Origin: an uncultured Nitrososphaeraceae archaeon | Lineage (GTDB): Archaea > Thermoproteota > Nitrososphaeria > Nitrososphaerales > Nitrososphaeraceae | Direction of reading: 5' to 3' | Assembly (NCBI GenBank): GCA_963729045.1 | Contig: CAVSMN010000012.1 | Coordinates: 256,001 to 320,000, forward strand | DNA: 64,000 nucleotides | Shown here: positions 10,122 through 20,520 of the stretch, one piece after another | How positions within the stretch are numbered: position 1 is the stretch's first letter | Layout of the letters: each line of letters starts with the position of its first letter | The notes under the pieces: generated by a model | The model's input: the letters and a program-made list of their open reading frames with translations, nothing else | The model's database searches: none | What the model was told of the DNA's origin: nothing | Position numbers and translations under genes: made by a program

Positions 10122-10346
10122 ATGAATAGGTCACTTATGATTATAATATTTTGGATTTTAGGGTTTATCGGAGGAATTTCCATTTATTCAATTTTACCAT
10201 CAATATTAAATTTTTTTAATTCTTTCATACCTAATCTATTTTCCAAATATTTCTTAGAAGCCTTAATCGCAGGAATAATAGGGTCAGGGTTAAGCACCAT
10301 CGCGGTACTCTATTGGGCTAACAAATCCTCTAAAGAAGAATTTTGA
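10122..10346 (+). CDS. Small two-TM membrane protein, hypothetical
   Basis: 74-aa ORF with two hydrophobic Gly-rich segments. Confidence 0.6.
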   Translation: MNRSLMIIIFWILGFIGGISIYSILPSILNFFNSFIPNLFSKYFLEALIAGIIGSGLSTIAVLYWANKSSKEEF

Positions 10347-10394
10347 CAAAATGATCTTCATTATATAGCCGCAAATAAGTTATTACCTGTATAC

Positions 10395-11177
10395 ATGGTC
10401 ATTGATGTTCTAGTTGCTTTTATGGTTTCTCTAGCTGCAGGTCTAATTGGTTCAATGGTCGGCATAGGCGGTGGCATAATAAATGCCCCTTATCTTAGTT
10501 ATCTTAATTATAACCCATCACAAATTTCTTCAACCAGTCTTATTGCAGTTTTTTTTACGAGTATATCTTCTTCATATCAATATATTAGGAAAGGGTTGAC
10601 CGAAAAAAAGATCGGAATGATCTTGGCCATATCATCTATTCCTGGAACATTCATTGGTGTTTACATTTCAAATTCCTTTACTTTGAATGAGTTTCGATAC
10701 TATTTCGCGCTTATTTTAATGGCTACCTCTCTCTATTTGTTATTTCGATCAAAAATTTTAGGCCAAGAAAAAAAAATACCGAATTTTTTACAAAAGGAAA
10801 ACAATTGGAAATACTCTAGATTATTGATCTTAGTTATTTTTTCTTTCGTGGCGGGTACTTTGTCTAGTAGTTTTGGTATTGGAGGTGGTATCATTTTTGT
10901 TCCCTGTCTGATTATTCTTTTAGGCTTTACTATGAAAAAGGCTTCTGCTACGTCGCAATTCGCCCTCATATTTACATCTCTTTCAGGCTTGACATTGTTT
11001 ATCATTGACGGAAAACCGAACTTCTATATGGGATTCATTCTATCTATTGGGTCAATCATTGGTGGTACCTTAGGCAGCATGCTAACCGGTAGAATGAAAT
11101 CCGATTTATTACTAAAAATATTTAGTATCTTATTGCTGGTTGTGTCTTTTAAATTGATTTATGACGGTTCAGGTTAA
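10395..11177 (+). CDS. Sulfite exporter TauE/SafE family membrane protein
   Basis: Duplicated GIGGG.I..P motifs, AxATS and about 8 TM helices. Confidence 0.9.
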   Translation: MVIDVLVAFMVSLAAGLIGSMVGIGGGIINAPYLSYLNYNPSQISSTSLIAVFFTSISSSYQYIRKGLTEKKIGMILAISSIPGTFIGVYISNSFTLNEFRYYFALILMATSLYLLFRSKILGQEKKIPNFLQKENNWKYSRLLILVIFSFVAGTLSSSFGIGGGIIFVPCLIILLGFTMKKASATSQFALIFTSLSGLTLFIIDGKPNFYMGFILSIGSIIGGTLGSMLTGRMKSDLLLKIFSILLLVVSFKLIYDGSG

Positions 11178-11376
11178 TCTGACTGAAAGTTTCAACCTGA
11201 AGTTAATAAAATCTCGTGAATAAAATGTAGAAGTGGTTTAAATGTCAAGCTGGTCCCTGCAATAATCGTGCATAGATCTTGCTTTTCTTGATTAAAGGGA
11301 GGTCATGCATTCACTAAGGACATGTGATTTCTTACCAATTAATCAACTATTTAATAAATACTAATTTTAATACTAA

Positions 11377-12003
11377 ATGTTTGTTGAATTGATAAATTTA
11401 GCTATAATAATATCTGGTCGTGGAAGTAATATGAAAGCTATTCTTGAATCAATTAAGAATGGGGAGGTTGAAGGAATTGATAATATATTAGTTATTTCAA
11501 ATAAACAGGATGCATTGGGTTTAGAAATTGCCAAAAAAGAATATGGAGTTAAGACAACTACTGTATTATCAAACAAAAATGATGAGTCATTTGAAAGCCG
11601 ATTATATAGTGAGTTAAAAAAAAATAATATTGGTCCTCATAACGGACTAATTTGTCTTGCTGGATTCATGAAGATTTTGAGTCCGTCCTTTGTGGAATTG
11701 TACAAGCAAAGGATAATGAATGTGCATCCATCTTTGCTTCCATCATTTAAAGGTCTACATGCACAAAAACAAGCATTATTGGCTGGAGTAAAGATTACGG
11801 GTTGCACTGTTCATTTTGTAGACAATAGTGTGGATAGTGGACCGATAATCTTACAATATCCTGTTCCAGTATTTGACAACGATGATGAATTGTCACTATC
11901 AGAACGAATACTTGTCAAAGAGCACGAAATATATGTCAGGGCCATAAAGTTGCTTACCCAAAAACAAATTTCAGTTGTTGAGAACCGCGTTATTCAAATT
12001 TAA
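11377..12003 (+). CDS. purN: Phosphoribosylglycinamide formyltransferase
   Basis: ISGRGSNM, LAGFMKIL, NVHPSLLPSF.G, GCTVHFV and DSGPII.Q. Confidence 0.96.
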   Translation: MFVELINLAIIISGRGSNMKAILESIKNGEVEGIDNILVISNKQDALGLEIAKKEYGVKTTTVLSNKNDESFESRLYSELKKNNIGPHNGLICLAGFMKILSPSFVELYKQRIMNVHPSLLPSFKGLHAQKQALLAGVKITGCTVHFVDNSVDSGPIILQYPVPVFDNDDELSLSERILVKEHEIYVRAIKLLTQKQISVVENRVIQI

Positions 12004-12010
12004 AGGTAAT

Positions 12011-13120
12011 CTAACCCCTTATTTTTTTGTCCATATCCAGCATGAATTTTGAAATCTCTTCTTTATTCAAGTTCAAGTATTCCTGACCCCTTTCTCTCAA
12101 TCTGCTGTTAAACAGCCGTAACTCCCTATGTTCTTCAAAAAAGTTTTCTAGAATAAACGTTCCATGTAGGATTGGGTTTAATAATTTGTCAATAGCTTGT
12201 ACAAGTGAATTCAAGTCACCTCTATCTGAAAATTCTGAAGATTCATACAGTATTGCACTAATATCTTTCAATTGTTGGGTAGAAAAGAAAACCTCTTTTT
12301 TTCCTTCAAGGGGTTTTGATTGTGTATTTCGTTTTTCAAAACCTATCTTTGATATCAATTCTTTGGTAAGTTCATATTGTTCATCTTTCCCAGTAAATGT
12401 TTTTTTGACGTTTTTAATTAATAGGCCCTTATTGGCTAATCTGGTTGTTGCATCCTGAATTTCCTCCCTATCTAATCCGGTAACCCATATTATCTTCCCC
12501 AAATAATCATTCCCCTGTCTAACAGATTCTAGAATTACAACCTCGATAATTCTTTTATAATCTTCCTCCATTCTGGCATTAATGAAATCTCTGTCTTTCA
12601 CTGCTTTTTTTGCGTTCGCAATATCAAGCTCAATGGACTTCTTTAAAGCTTCCATGCCCTTAGTTGCCCTTCCATCCAATGTCATATAACAGGCATAATT
12701 ATACCATGCCATGGAGTCGTTAGGATTAAAGTCTATAGCCTTTTCGCAGCACTCTATAGCCTTTTCGTAATTTTTTGATTCGTAAAATACTAACCCCTTC
12801 ATGTTCCAAACTTCAGGATTGTTGATATCTATCTCTAATACCTGATCAAAGATGGTGATAGCGAGATTATATTGTTTCAAATGAAAATGTGAATAGCCCT
12901 TCTTTATCAAGGCGTCCATGAAAAACGGATCAATCCTAATGGAAAGATCAAAACATCTAATAGCATCTTCAAATTTTTCCTCTGCCATCTTGTTTACTCC
13001 TTTGTTATATAGATTGACTTTTTTAATGTCATCTTGAGTTATTTTGTAACCGCTAGGAGTACGGGAAGAATTATCATCTTTCTTATCTGATAAAAGTTTC
13101 CTCCCAAAAATCTTTTCCAT
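12011..13120 (-). CDS. TPR-repeat protein with a putative internal winged-helix domain
   Basis: About 4 TPRs (A...KG...L..Y..A...FD..L.I, AWYNYAC) followed by an HTH-like segment. Confidence 0.8.
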   Translation of the reverse strand: MEKIFGRKLLSDKKDDNSSRTPSGYKITQDDIKKVNLYNKGVNKMAEEKFEDAIRCFDLSIRIDPFFMDALIKKGYSHFHLKQYNLAITIFDQVLEIDINNPEVWNMKGLVFYESKNYEKAIECCEKAIDFNPNDSMAWYNYACYMTLDGRATKGMEALKKSIELDIANAKKAVKDRDFINARMEEDYKRIIEVVILESVRQGNDYLGKIIWVTGLDREEIQDATTRLANKGLLIKNVKKTFTGKDEQYELTKELISKIGFEKRNTQSKPLEGKKEVFFSTQQLKDISAILYESSEFSDRGDLNSLVQAIDKLLNPILHGTFILENFFEEHRELRLFNSRLRERGQEYLNLNKEEISKFMLDMDKKIRG

Positions 13121-13199
13121 TATAATTAATAATACTTATCAAGAATAAATATATTTATTTTTTTAAAAAAAGATGCTAACATCCTAAAAGTTGCTCAAA

Positions 13200-13829
13200 C
13201 TAGAATGTCGGAATGCTAGTATTGGTGACCTTTGCTATAATTCCACTGAATGCAAAGTTAACCAGCAAAAACCAGCCCCAGAGAAATACCTGACCAGGGA
13301 CTTTGCATGGCCCTTGTTTCAAATCAGGTACTAGGTACTATTTGTAGTTTGAACAGGGTGTATCAATTTTTACATTTTCAGCAGAACAAGTCAAATATGG
13401 TATTACGATGGGCGATAGAGCAACAGTTTGACCAAATATCGCGGGAAAAACAAATATCCATAGCATGAAGGATGGTATCATATATAACATCATGGGTCTC
13501 ATTTGTTGCTGCTGCATTTCCATGCTCATTTTTTGCATTTGAGATTGTTTCTTTTTTAGTTCTTCAATTAGTTGTTTATCTTTTTTCTTAATGGCTTCGG
13601 TGTATTTTTTTCTCCATTCTCCTGTTTCCTTCATGACTGTTTTCATTTTTTCTATATTGGTTGTCTTTCTTCTCAAAAGAGCCATTGCTAAATTTAAACC
13701 AATAGCAATTATCGCAGCTACGATGGCAGATGTGAACATATCGGGAAAAATTGGATGTTGAGTATAATGTGGTGTTAATCCAGGAAATTGTAAAACCAAC
13801 TTTTCAGACCAATCGAAAAGATCTATCAA
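13200..13829 (-). CDS. EMC3/TMCO1 (DUF106, Oxa1 superfamily) membrane insertase-like protein; frameshifted near 13345
   Basis: TM1, a coiled coil and Met/Gln-rich MRPMM..MIP. The C-terminus ...FLWGWFLLVNFAFSGIIAKVTNTSIPTF* lies in another frame and ends at 13200. Confidence 0.85.
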
Positions 13830-13882
13830 TCCAAAAGAAAATGATTTTCTGGGAGTTATTAATCTTTTTACTTGATATCAGA

Positions 13883-15888
13883 TTACATTCTCATCAAAGG
13901 AGTTATTCCTATGATGTTCATGCATATCTTTAGAATTTTCAGGGTACTATTTAATATCAATGCCCTATAAGTTGCCAGCACTTCATTTTTCTCCTTCAAG
14001 ATTGGTGATCTTTCATAAAAATTATTAAACATTGTAGCAAGTTCAAAGAGATATTTTGAAAGCACCTTTGGATCTATGTTATTAGCAGCGTGCATTAGTT
14101 CAATATCATATCTACATAAGTGTTTAATCAATTCGATTTCGGTAGAAGAAAAATCCAAAATCTCAATATTATTCTCAATATTATTCTTCTTTTCTGAGAA
14201 ACTTTCCTCAATATTTTTATCCTCAACTCGCTTACCCCTCGCATAAGCATATTGGATATAGGAAGCAGTATCTCCTTCAAGGCTCAAGGACTCGTTGATA
14301 TCAAAAGTTATCATTTTTCCGAGATCAAACTTGATGAAAAAATATCTGATTGCTGAGATTGAAATCTCTTTGGATATAAATGCAATTTCTTCTTCTGAGA
14401 GTTCTGGATTCCTCTTTCTAGTTTCTACTTTTGATCTTTCTTCAAGAATGCTCAAGGCTCTATCTGCCTCAATATATATACCTTTCCTTCCAGACATATG
14501 TAATGAATTCTTATACTTTTCAGAAATGCCCAAGCTATCTAGAGAACTTTGGCTTAAAGTGACGGGTTCATAACCTAAATATCTATACTTTGAATCCATC
14601 CCTAATTTTCCTAATATCTCTGATAAAAGATTTTGAAGCCTCTCTTGCCTTGAATCGATAATTGTTATGACCTTGCTTATTCTATTAAAGTCAATCGTTA
14701 ATCCGTTATCATGATCCGAATAGGACTCGTAAGTTTCATTTGGAATTTTCTTAATATTTGTTCTGCATAGAATAGAAGAGTCCCATTGATTTGAGTAAAA
14801 GACGTAATCAAATGGATTTCTCAAATAGCCCAATTTCCAAACTGCAAATGGAATATCTTTAGCGAAATATGTTAAAGTATATCACTTCGCACTAATACCT
14901 TATCTCCTTCTGTTTCTGACTTGTACACCCAACAACCTGCATTTTTTCCAAATTTTTCATGATATATTATTTCTTTATCTCTCAAAATTGAAAAAATATC
15001 AGTCCAAAGGTCTGATTGGATTATTTGCGACTCAAAACATAATAAATCATAACGACATCTCAAATTCCAACAAGTTTTAAGTTGATCCCTTAAAACTCTA
15101 TCAACTATGGTCTGGGTGAAGACCGAAGTCTCCGATTCAGGATTCTCCAATTCCTTTAGAACCGACTTTCTTTTAATTTCTAGATCAGGCCTACTCTTGT
15201 ATAGCTCATTTGTTTTGACGTAAATTTCGTTTCCACAATAATGATCAAATTTTGCTTTTTCATTCGATAATCTTTGATCATCCATTCTAGTAGAGAATCC
15301 TGCATGTTTGAATCCTACAATTATATCAGCCACTTGAACCCCCGAATCGTCAATGTAATTTAAGACCCTGACATCTTTTCCTGCTGTACGAAGAATTCTA
15401 TACAAGCAGTCCCCGATAATGGCGTTTCTAAGGTGTCCTACGTGTAAAGCCTTATTAGGATTCACACTAGTATGTTCTATTAGTATCAATTCTTTCGAAT
15501 TTGATAAGTTCTTGTTTTCATGTTCCAATTTTGGATTATATACTACCTCTTTAAAGAATTCCATTAGAAACACCTTATTATTAATTCTAAAATTGATGAA
15601 ACCGGGATTTACGAATGAAACAGACTCGATCAAACCATTTTTATTCGTCAAGATGTTACTTGCGGGTAAAATAGTATTTACAATATGATTAGCTATCTCA
15701 TGTGGCGACTTTTTTAATTTCTTGGCTAACAAGAAACAAATGTTTGTAGAAAAGTCTCCAAAATCCTTCACATGTGGTTTAGATATTTCAAAATTGACCT
15801 CAGACTTTGTCAAGTTGTAAAACGTTAATACTCCATCAAGAGATTGGCCAATTTCATTGATAACATTTTCTAGTATCATGCAAATCAC
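13883..15888 (-). CDS. argS: Arginine--tRNA ligase (split by a 1-nt indel at ~14880)
   Basis: EHTSVNPNKALHVGHLRN, VLVRSD/(frameshift)TYFAKDI, MSGRKG, EGDTASYIQYAYAR and a C-terminal ...RM. Confidence 0.95.
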
Positions 15889-16583
15889 TAAAATACTTTT
15901 CCTCTCATTATCTGATCAATCGCATTTATCAACCCTTCTCCATTCGTGCCTCCAACAATATGAGTTGCACTTTTTCGAACATTCTCACCAGAACTTTCAA
16001 ATGTAAAGCTAAATTTTGATTGCTTAAACATAGGGATATCAGTTTCACTATCACCTATTGCAACCACCTCGTCGAAATCAATATTGAGATCCTTCAATAG
16101 GAATGCTAGCCCAAATCCTTTATTGATTTTGACTTCATTGATATGGAATGCATAATTACTATCTACTATTTTCAAATCCAGTTCATTTTCTCTCAAGATT
16201 TTGTTACCCTCATTTAACTCAAATGTTCTTTCAAGAACTATTTCAGTCATTCTGGGAAAAACAGGTTTCTGGCTAACTCCTTTAATGCTCCTAACCAATA
16301 GATCGAACCCCTTCAAGCAATTATCTTTATTCGCTAATAATTTGTGTTCTACAGGGGAAGTAGTGATAACCCCACCGTTTTCCCCTATGGCAATTTGAGT
16401 CGTTCCACCATATACCGACAAAATGTAAGCTTCTAGGGATGATCTCCCAGTTACAAAAATGACTTTATAGCCTAATTTGGCTAGGTATCGAAGTTTAGCT
16501 AATGCATCAAGGTTTAGAGCTCCATTGCCGTTTAATGTTAGTGTTCCATCGATATCGATGGCAAAGAATTTTATGGACCTCAA
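15888..16583 (-). CDS. Phosphoglycolate phosphatase (archaeal SPP-like HAD)
   Basis: DIDGTLT, VTGR, IGENGG, NKG.GL and AIGDSETDIPMF. Confidence 0.88.
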   Translation of the reverse strand: MRSIKFFAIDIDGTLTLNGNGALNLDALAKLRYLAKLGYKVIFVTGRSSLEAYILSVYGGTTQIAIGENGGVITTSPVEHKLLANKDNCLKGFDLLVRSIKGVSQKPVFPRMTEIVLERTFELNEGNKILRENELDLKIVDSNYAFHINEVKINKGFGLAFLLKDLNIDFDEVVAIGDSETDIPMFKQSKFSFTFESSGENVRKSATHIVGGTNGEGLINAIDQIMRGKVF

Positions 16584-16670
16584 ATGAATTCAAGCTAATA
16601 ACGAAGTTACATAAAAATCTAAATTTAGTAATACATATATTGAATATACCATGACAGTTAGTAGAATAGT

Positions 16671-17045
16671 TTGAGCTTGGAAGTCGTTTTGTTAGAAGAT
16701 AATAACAATATATTATTAAAAAGACGTGAGATTAAATCAGTAATAAAGAATGCTATTGGGTCTATCCCGAGGGAGGAAGCCGCAAGTTTAATAGCTGGAA
16801 AGATGGGCATAAATAAGAAAAATCTTTTGCCAATTTCTTTAAAAAGTGAATTTGGTAACCCTGATGTAATGACTTTGATGTATTATTACGATGATATAGA
16901 AGAAGCAAAAAAGCAGTTACCTCGATATCGAATCCTCAGAACGATGACAAAAGATGAAAGGAAAAAAATAATAGATGAGGAAAAGTCAATTAAACTAAAA
17001 GCAAAACAGGCAGCAGCAGCAGCAGCAAAATCTAAAAAGAAGTAA
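16671..17045 (+). CDS. rps24e: 30S ribosomal protein S24e
   Basis: N.LLKRREI...PREE...KSEFG...YDD.E.AKK..PRY, located directly upstream of S27ae. Confidence 0.9.
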   Translation: MSLEVVLLEDNNNILLKRREIKSVIKNAIGSIPREEAASLIAGKMGINKKNLLPISLKSEFGNPDVMTLMYYYDDIEEAKKQLPRYRILRTMTKDERKKIIDEEKSIKLKAKQAAAAAAKSKKK

Positions 17046-17077
17046 TTTGTTAACACGATAGAGAGGGGAGATTTGCA

Positions 17078-17275
17078 ATGAGTAAAGAGAAAAAAGGAGA
17101 AGTAAGTGTTTCAAAATTTTATAAAATTAATGACGATAAAGTTGAGCGAACAAAAAGGGAGTGTCCAAGATGCGGTAAAGGTGTTTTCATGGCTGTACAT
17201 AAAGATAGACTAACATGTGGGAAATGTAGCTATACGGAATTCCAAAAGGAACAAACTAAAAAATCAAAACAATAA
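17078..17275 (+). CDS. rps27ae: 30S ribosomal protein S27ae (eS31)
   Basis: CPRCGKGVFMA.HKDR.TCGKC.YTEF. Confidence 0.96.
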   Translation: MSKEKKGEVSVSKFYKINDDKVERTKRECPRCGKGVFMAVHKDRLTCGKCSYTEFQKEQTKKSKQ

Positions 17276-17282
17276 GCGTTAT

Positions 17283-17969
17283 TCAACCAAATTTTAGGAT
17301 TTCATTTTTTAAGGAATCTTCTACCATGGTGTTGGCCAAAGCAGAAAATGGCAGCTTTATAAAATTGTCTCCAATCATGATTTTTTGTATAGGTAGTTTT
17401 TTCTTAATCCAATACGATTCAGTTTTTTTGTCCAATTTTGAATCATTGAACCCATTTGCAAATCTTTTATTAAGCAATTTCTGAAGATGACGATCTCCTT
17501 TAAACACTTTAGCCGAATCAAGAGTCTTTTCATTGTCAGAAAATGAATTTTCATATAGTGTATTGGAAATATTATCTGATGTTACCTCTAAATTTATTAT
17601 ATTTTTCAATATATTCAAATAGTGTAGAAATTCATGGGCAAGAACAGCGTGAAGAGTTCCTTTCAAACCGTACATTACCAGTGGAGCGGAAAGTTGGATA
17701 ACTATTTTTATTCTATTTTCAGTAGTACAAAATGGAATTGTCCTGGCATATAATAAGGAATATTGCTGGTATTCAATTTCCGAAGTTGCCACCAGTAGAT
17801 TAGGTTCTATAAAATAGTAGGGATATTCTATTGAGGTTATCCGCTCGATTCTATTTATTCCCTCTTCAATTAATCTCATCTTGTCAATGATGAGATGATA
17901 GGTCCTCTCCTCGACCTTCTTTTCTACTAAATATTTTTTGACTAATACTAAGGGATCAAAATCATTCAT
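17283..17969 (-). CDS. Hypothetical protein with an HExxH zincin-like motif
   Basis: 228-aa ORF containing LHAVLAHEFLHYL. Confidence 0.65.
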   Translation of the reverse strand: MNDFDPLVLVKKYLVEKKVEERTYHLIIDKMRLIEEGINRIERITSIEYPYYFIEPNLLVATSEIEYQQYSLLYARTIPFCTTENRIKIVIQLSAPLVMYGLKGTLHAVLAHEFLHYLNILKNIINLEVTSDNISNTLYENSFSDNEKTLDSAKVFKGDRHLQKLLNKRFANGFNDSKLDKKTESYWIKKKLPIQKIMIGDNFIKLPFSALANTMVEDSLKNEILKFG

Positions 17970-17982
17970 CTTATTTCATTTA

Positions 17983-19158
17983 TCATTTATTTAAAATTAC
18001 ATCATTAATATCAAAATATATACATTCGCACTTTGTCTCGAGGGTGTTAGAAAGACAGGGTTCAATGGGTTCGTTACCTCCTACGAATTGTTTTATGGGA
18101 ATTCCATTATCCATATCTAAAGATATTTCAAGTTTGTCGCATTCTACACTTACTAACTTTGCAAAGTAGATATTTCTTGTAGTTTTTCTGTTCTTGACTC
18201 TGAATGTCACCTCTCCGGTTAGTGTCTGCACGAGACGTTGAAAATGACCAAAATCGCGAACTTTCTCATTTAATTTGACGAATATGGTAACAAGTATTCT
18301 GTATTTGCTATAGTAATCAATCTCATCATGGTTAATCTTTTTGAAATACAATTCAACATCCTTCTCCAAGACTTTTTTCTCATCCGAGCCTTTTATTTTA
18401 GGATTAATCACTTTTACAATGAACGGTCTTCCGCTACCAAGAACCAAACTATATTTATCTTCGCTACCAGTCCAAGTTATTTTCATATCCTCTGCATTAT
18501 ATTCTGACCAAACGGATTTTCTGATTGAGTGTTCTATCGATTCCTCTTTTCTATCTATCAATTTATGAAAGGTTTGAGAATCCATTTTTATCCAATTTTT
18601 ATCCTTTTGGGCTATGCCTCTGTCCAACTTTATATATCTTCCAAGAAGATAGAATTCTCTCGCTTTGCAATTTATGTTAAAACTCAAGTCATTTTCAATA
18701 ACTACGTCAAATTTCAATTCGGGATTCACGTGATCTATAGTACATTTTTTGTTTTTTCGTATTTTTTCTCTTATCAATAAATTAGTTTGAGTTTTTATCC
18801 CAGTCGTACCTTTAATTTGGAACATAGATCGTAAATAATCCTCATTCTCATAGAAGAAAAAGGGAAGACTCGTTCCTATATCAACAGGAAGAATGCATGT
18901 GGTTGAATTAAACATTTCAGAGTTTGATATTTCATCAACTATAGATGGTAACGTTCTTAGAAAGAAATTTCTACAAATATAGCAAACTTTCATACCAGTT
19001 TTTATTATCTTGACAGAAATTGTATGCTTTACTAAAGACATTTTATTTTTAGAAAAATTTCGATCATAGCAAAAACTACAGAGAGGGATCTGAAGTTGAT
19101 TTGAGTTTTTCAATTTTTTACTTTTAGAGTTTTCAAATTCTCCTTGGGTCTTAACCAA
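17983..19158 (-). CDS. pus10: tRNA pseudouridine(54/55) synthase Pus10, divergent
   Basis: N-terminal LCxxC..R and CYIC, then GRY.KL.RGI.Q, SIE, G.ED....LG.GRPF and G..IKQFV.G....P.LS. Confidence 0.85.
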   Translation of the reverse strand: MVKTQGEFENSKSKKLKNSNQLQIPLCSFCYDRNFSKNKMSLVKHTISVKIIKTGMKVCYICRNFFLRTLPSIVDEISNSEMFNSTTCILPVDIGTSLPFFFYENEDYLRSMFQIKGTTGIKTQTNLLIREKIRKNKKCTIDHVNPELKFDVVIENDLSFNINCKAREFYLLGRYIKLDRGIAQKDKNWIKMDSQTFHKLIDRKEESIEHSIRKSVWSEYNAEDMKITWTGSEDKYSLVLGSGRPFIVKVINPKIKGSDEKKVLEKDVELYFKKINHDEIDYYSKYRILVTIFVKLNEKVRDFGHFQRLVQTLTGEVTFRVKNRKTTRNIYFAKLVSVECDKLEISLDMDNGIPIKQFVGGNEPIEPCLSNTLETKCECIYFDINDVILNK

Positions 19159-20515
19159 GCCCGAATCTCCTTAAAAGTCCTTGCATCTGACGGCCTTTTG
19201 CTTGTTTCATCATAGTCTTAGAATTGTTATACTGCTTGATTAGGTCTTTAACATCATGTTCCATAACTCCGGAACCTCTAGCGATTCTTTTTCTCCTAGC
19301 CTCGTTAATAATATCTGGATTCTTTTTTTCGTCAGTAGTAAAGGATTGGATTATAAATCTCCATTTCTCCATTTTTTGTTGCAGGACATCAAGATGGTCA
19401 TCTTTTACAAAGTTTGATAGCCCTGGCAAATTCTCAATTACGTTTCGGAATCCCATTTTTCCCATGTTTTCCATTTGAGCATAAAAGTCTTCGATAGTCA
19501 TTTTGCCACTCATAAGCCTTTTTGCTTGATTTTCATCAGATTGAATTTCTAAATTGCGTGCCATTTCAAGAAGGGCTTTTATATCTCCCATCCCTAATAG
19601 CCTGCCGACAAAGCTAGTAGGGGAAAATTGCTCCAGGTCATCAATTCTTTCACCAGTTCCTATGAAAAGGACCTTTGCACCCGTGGCAGAAGAAGCAGCT
19701 ATCGCCCCACCCCCCTTGGCGGTACCATCCAATTTCGTAATAATAATACCGCTAATTTTTGCATTCTCGTGGAAAATCTTTGCCTGATTATATGCTTGCT
19801 GTCCAATTGTTCCATCGATAATAAGAAATACCTGATCAGGTGTAACGATGGAATACATGCTCCGCATTTCTTCGAGTAATCCTTGTTCCTCTTTGTGACG
19901 CCCAGCAGTATCAATAATTATGATATCCACTGGTTGATGGTTAAAGAAAACCAGTCCATTTTTCACTATTTCTAGGGCATCCTTGTTACCCTCCTCACCG
20001 TATACTTGAGCATTGATCTTACTACAGTTCATTTTGAGCTGAGTTAATGCACCAGGTCGCCAGGTATCTGCCCCGATTACTCCTATCCTGTAACCATGTT
20101 TTGAAAGCCATCTTCCTAACTTGGCGATAACAGTAGTCTTCCCACTGCCCTGTATCCCTAGCATCAAAATAGTATTTTTTTTATCAGAATTGAAGTTAAT
20201 TAGATTTTCATCGGTTTTTTTTCTATCAATGGTCTTTATTGCTTCACCGCTGTAACCCAGCATTTTTGATAATTCGCCGTATAGGATGGTTATGATATGG
20301 TCTTTTTTGGACAAACCCTTTGGAGGGGCTTCCTTTAGGGATCTTTCCTTAAGATTTTTTGTTATTTCTAAGACTAACCGAACATTTACATCCGCTGCTA
20401 GCAATGCGCGCTGGAGATCTTTACATAACTCATTAATCAATTCTTCATTAATATCTGAAGCCCCAACAATTTTCTTTAGGGCCAATCTCAAATTATCTTT
20501 TAGACTATCAAGCAT
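19151..20515 (-). CDS. srp54: Signal recognition particle protein Srp54
   Basis: GIQGSGKTT, DTWRPGA, DTAGRH, TKLDGTAKGGG and an M-domain RIARGSG. Confidence 0.97.
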   Translation of the reverse strand: MLDSLKDNLRLALKKIVGASDINEELINELCKDLQRALLAADVNVRLVLEITKNLKERSLKEAPPKGLSKKDHIITILYGELSKMLGYSGEAIKTIDRKKTDENLINFNSDKKNTILMLGIQGSGKTTVIAKLGRWLSKHGYRIGVIGADTWRPGALTQLKMNCSKINAQVYGEEGNKDALEIVKNGLVFFNHQPVDIIIIDTAGRHKEEQGLLEEMRSMYSIVTPDQVFLIIDGTIGQQAYNQAKIFHENAKISGIIITKLDGTAKGGGAIAASSATGAKVLFIGTGERIDDLEQFSPTSFVGRLLGMGDIKALLEMARNLEIQSDENQAKRLMSGKMTIEDFYAQMENMGKMGFRNVIENLPGLSNFVKDDHLDVLQQKMEKWRFIIQSFTTDEKKNPDIINEARRKRIARGSGVMEHDVKDLIKQYNNSKTMMKQAKGRQMQGLLRRFGLG

Positions 20516-20520
20516 GGTCT

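Noticed and set aside
11178..11376. Intergenic stretch between tauE and purN with slightly higher GC
   Set aside because: No ORF longer than ~20 codons with a sensible start, and no convincing structure.
13883..15888. argS, trxB, endA, leuA and others as pseudogenes or natural split genes
   Set aside because: The functions are essential, the motifs are intact and there is no further decay. One- or two-base corrections restore full-length proteins.
17009..17027. (GCA)n trinucleotide repeat
   Set aside because: It simply encodes the poly-Ala stretch at the C-terminus of S24e.
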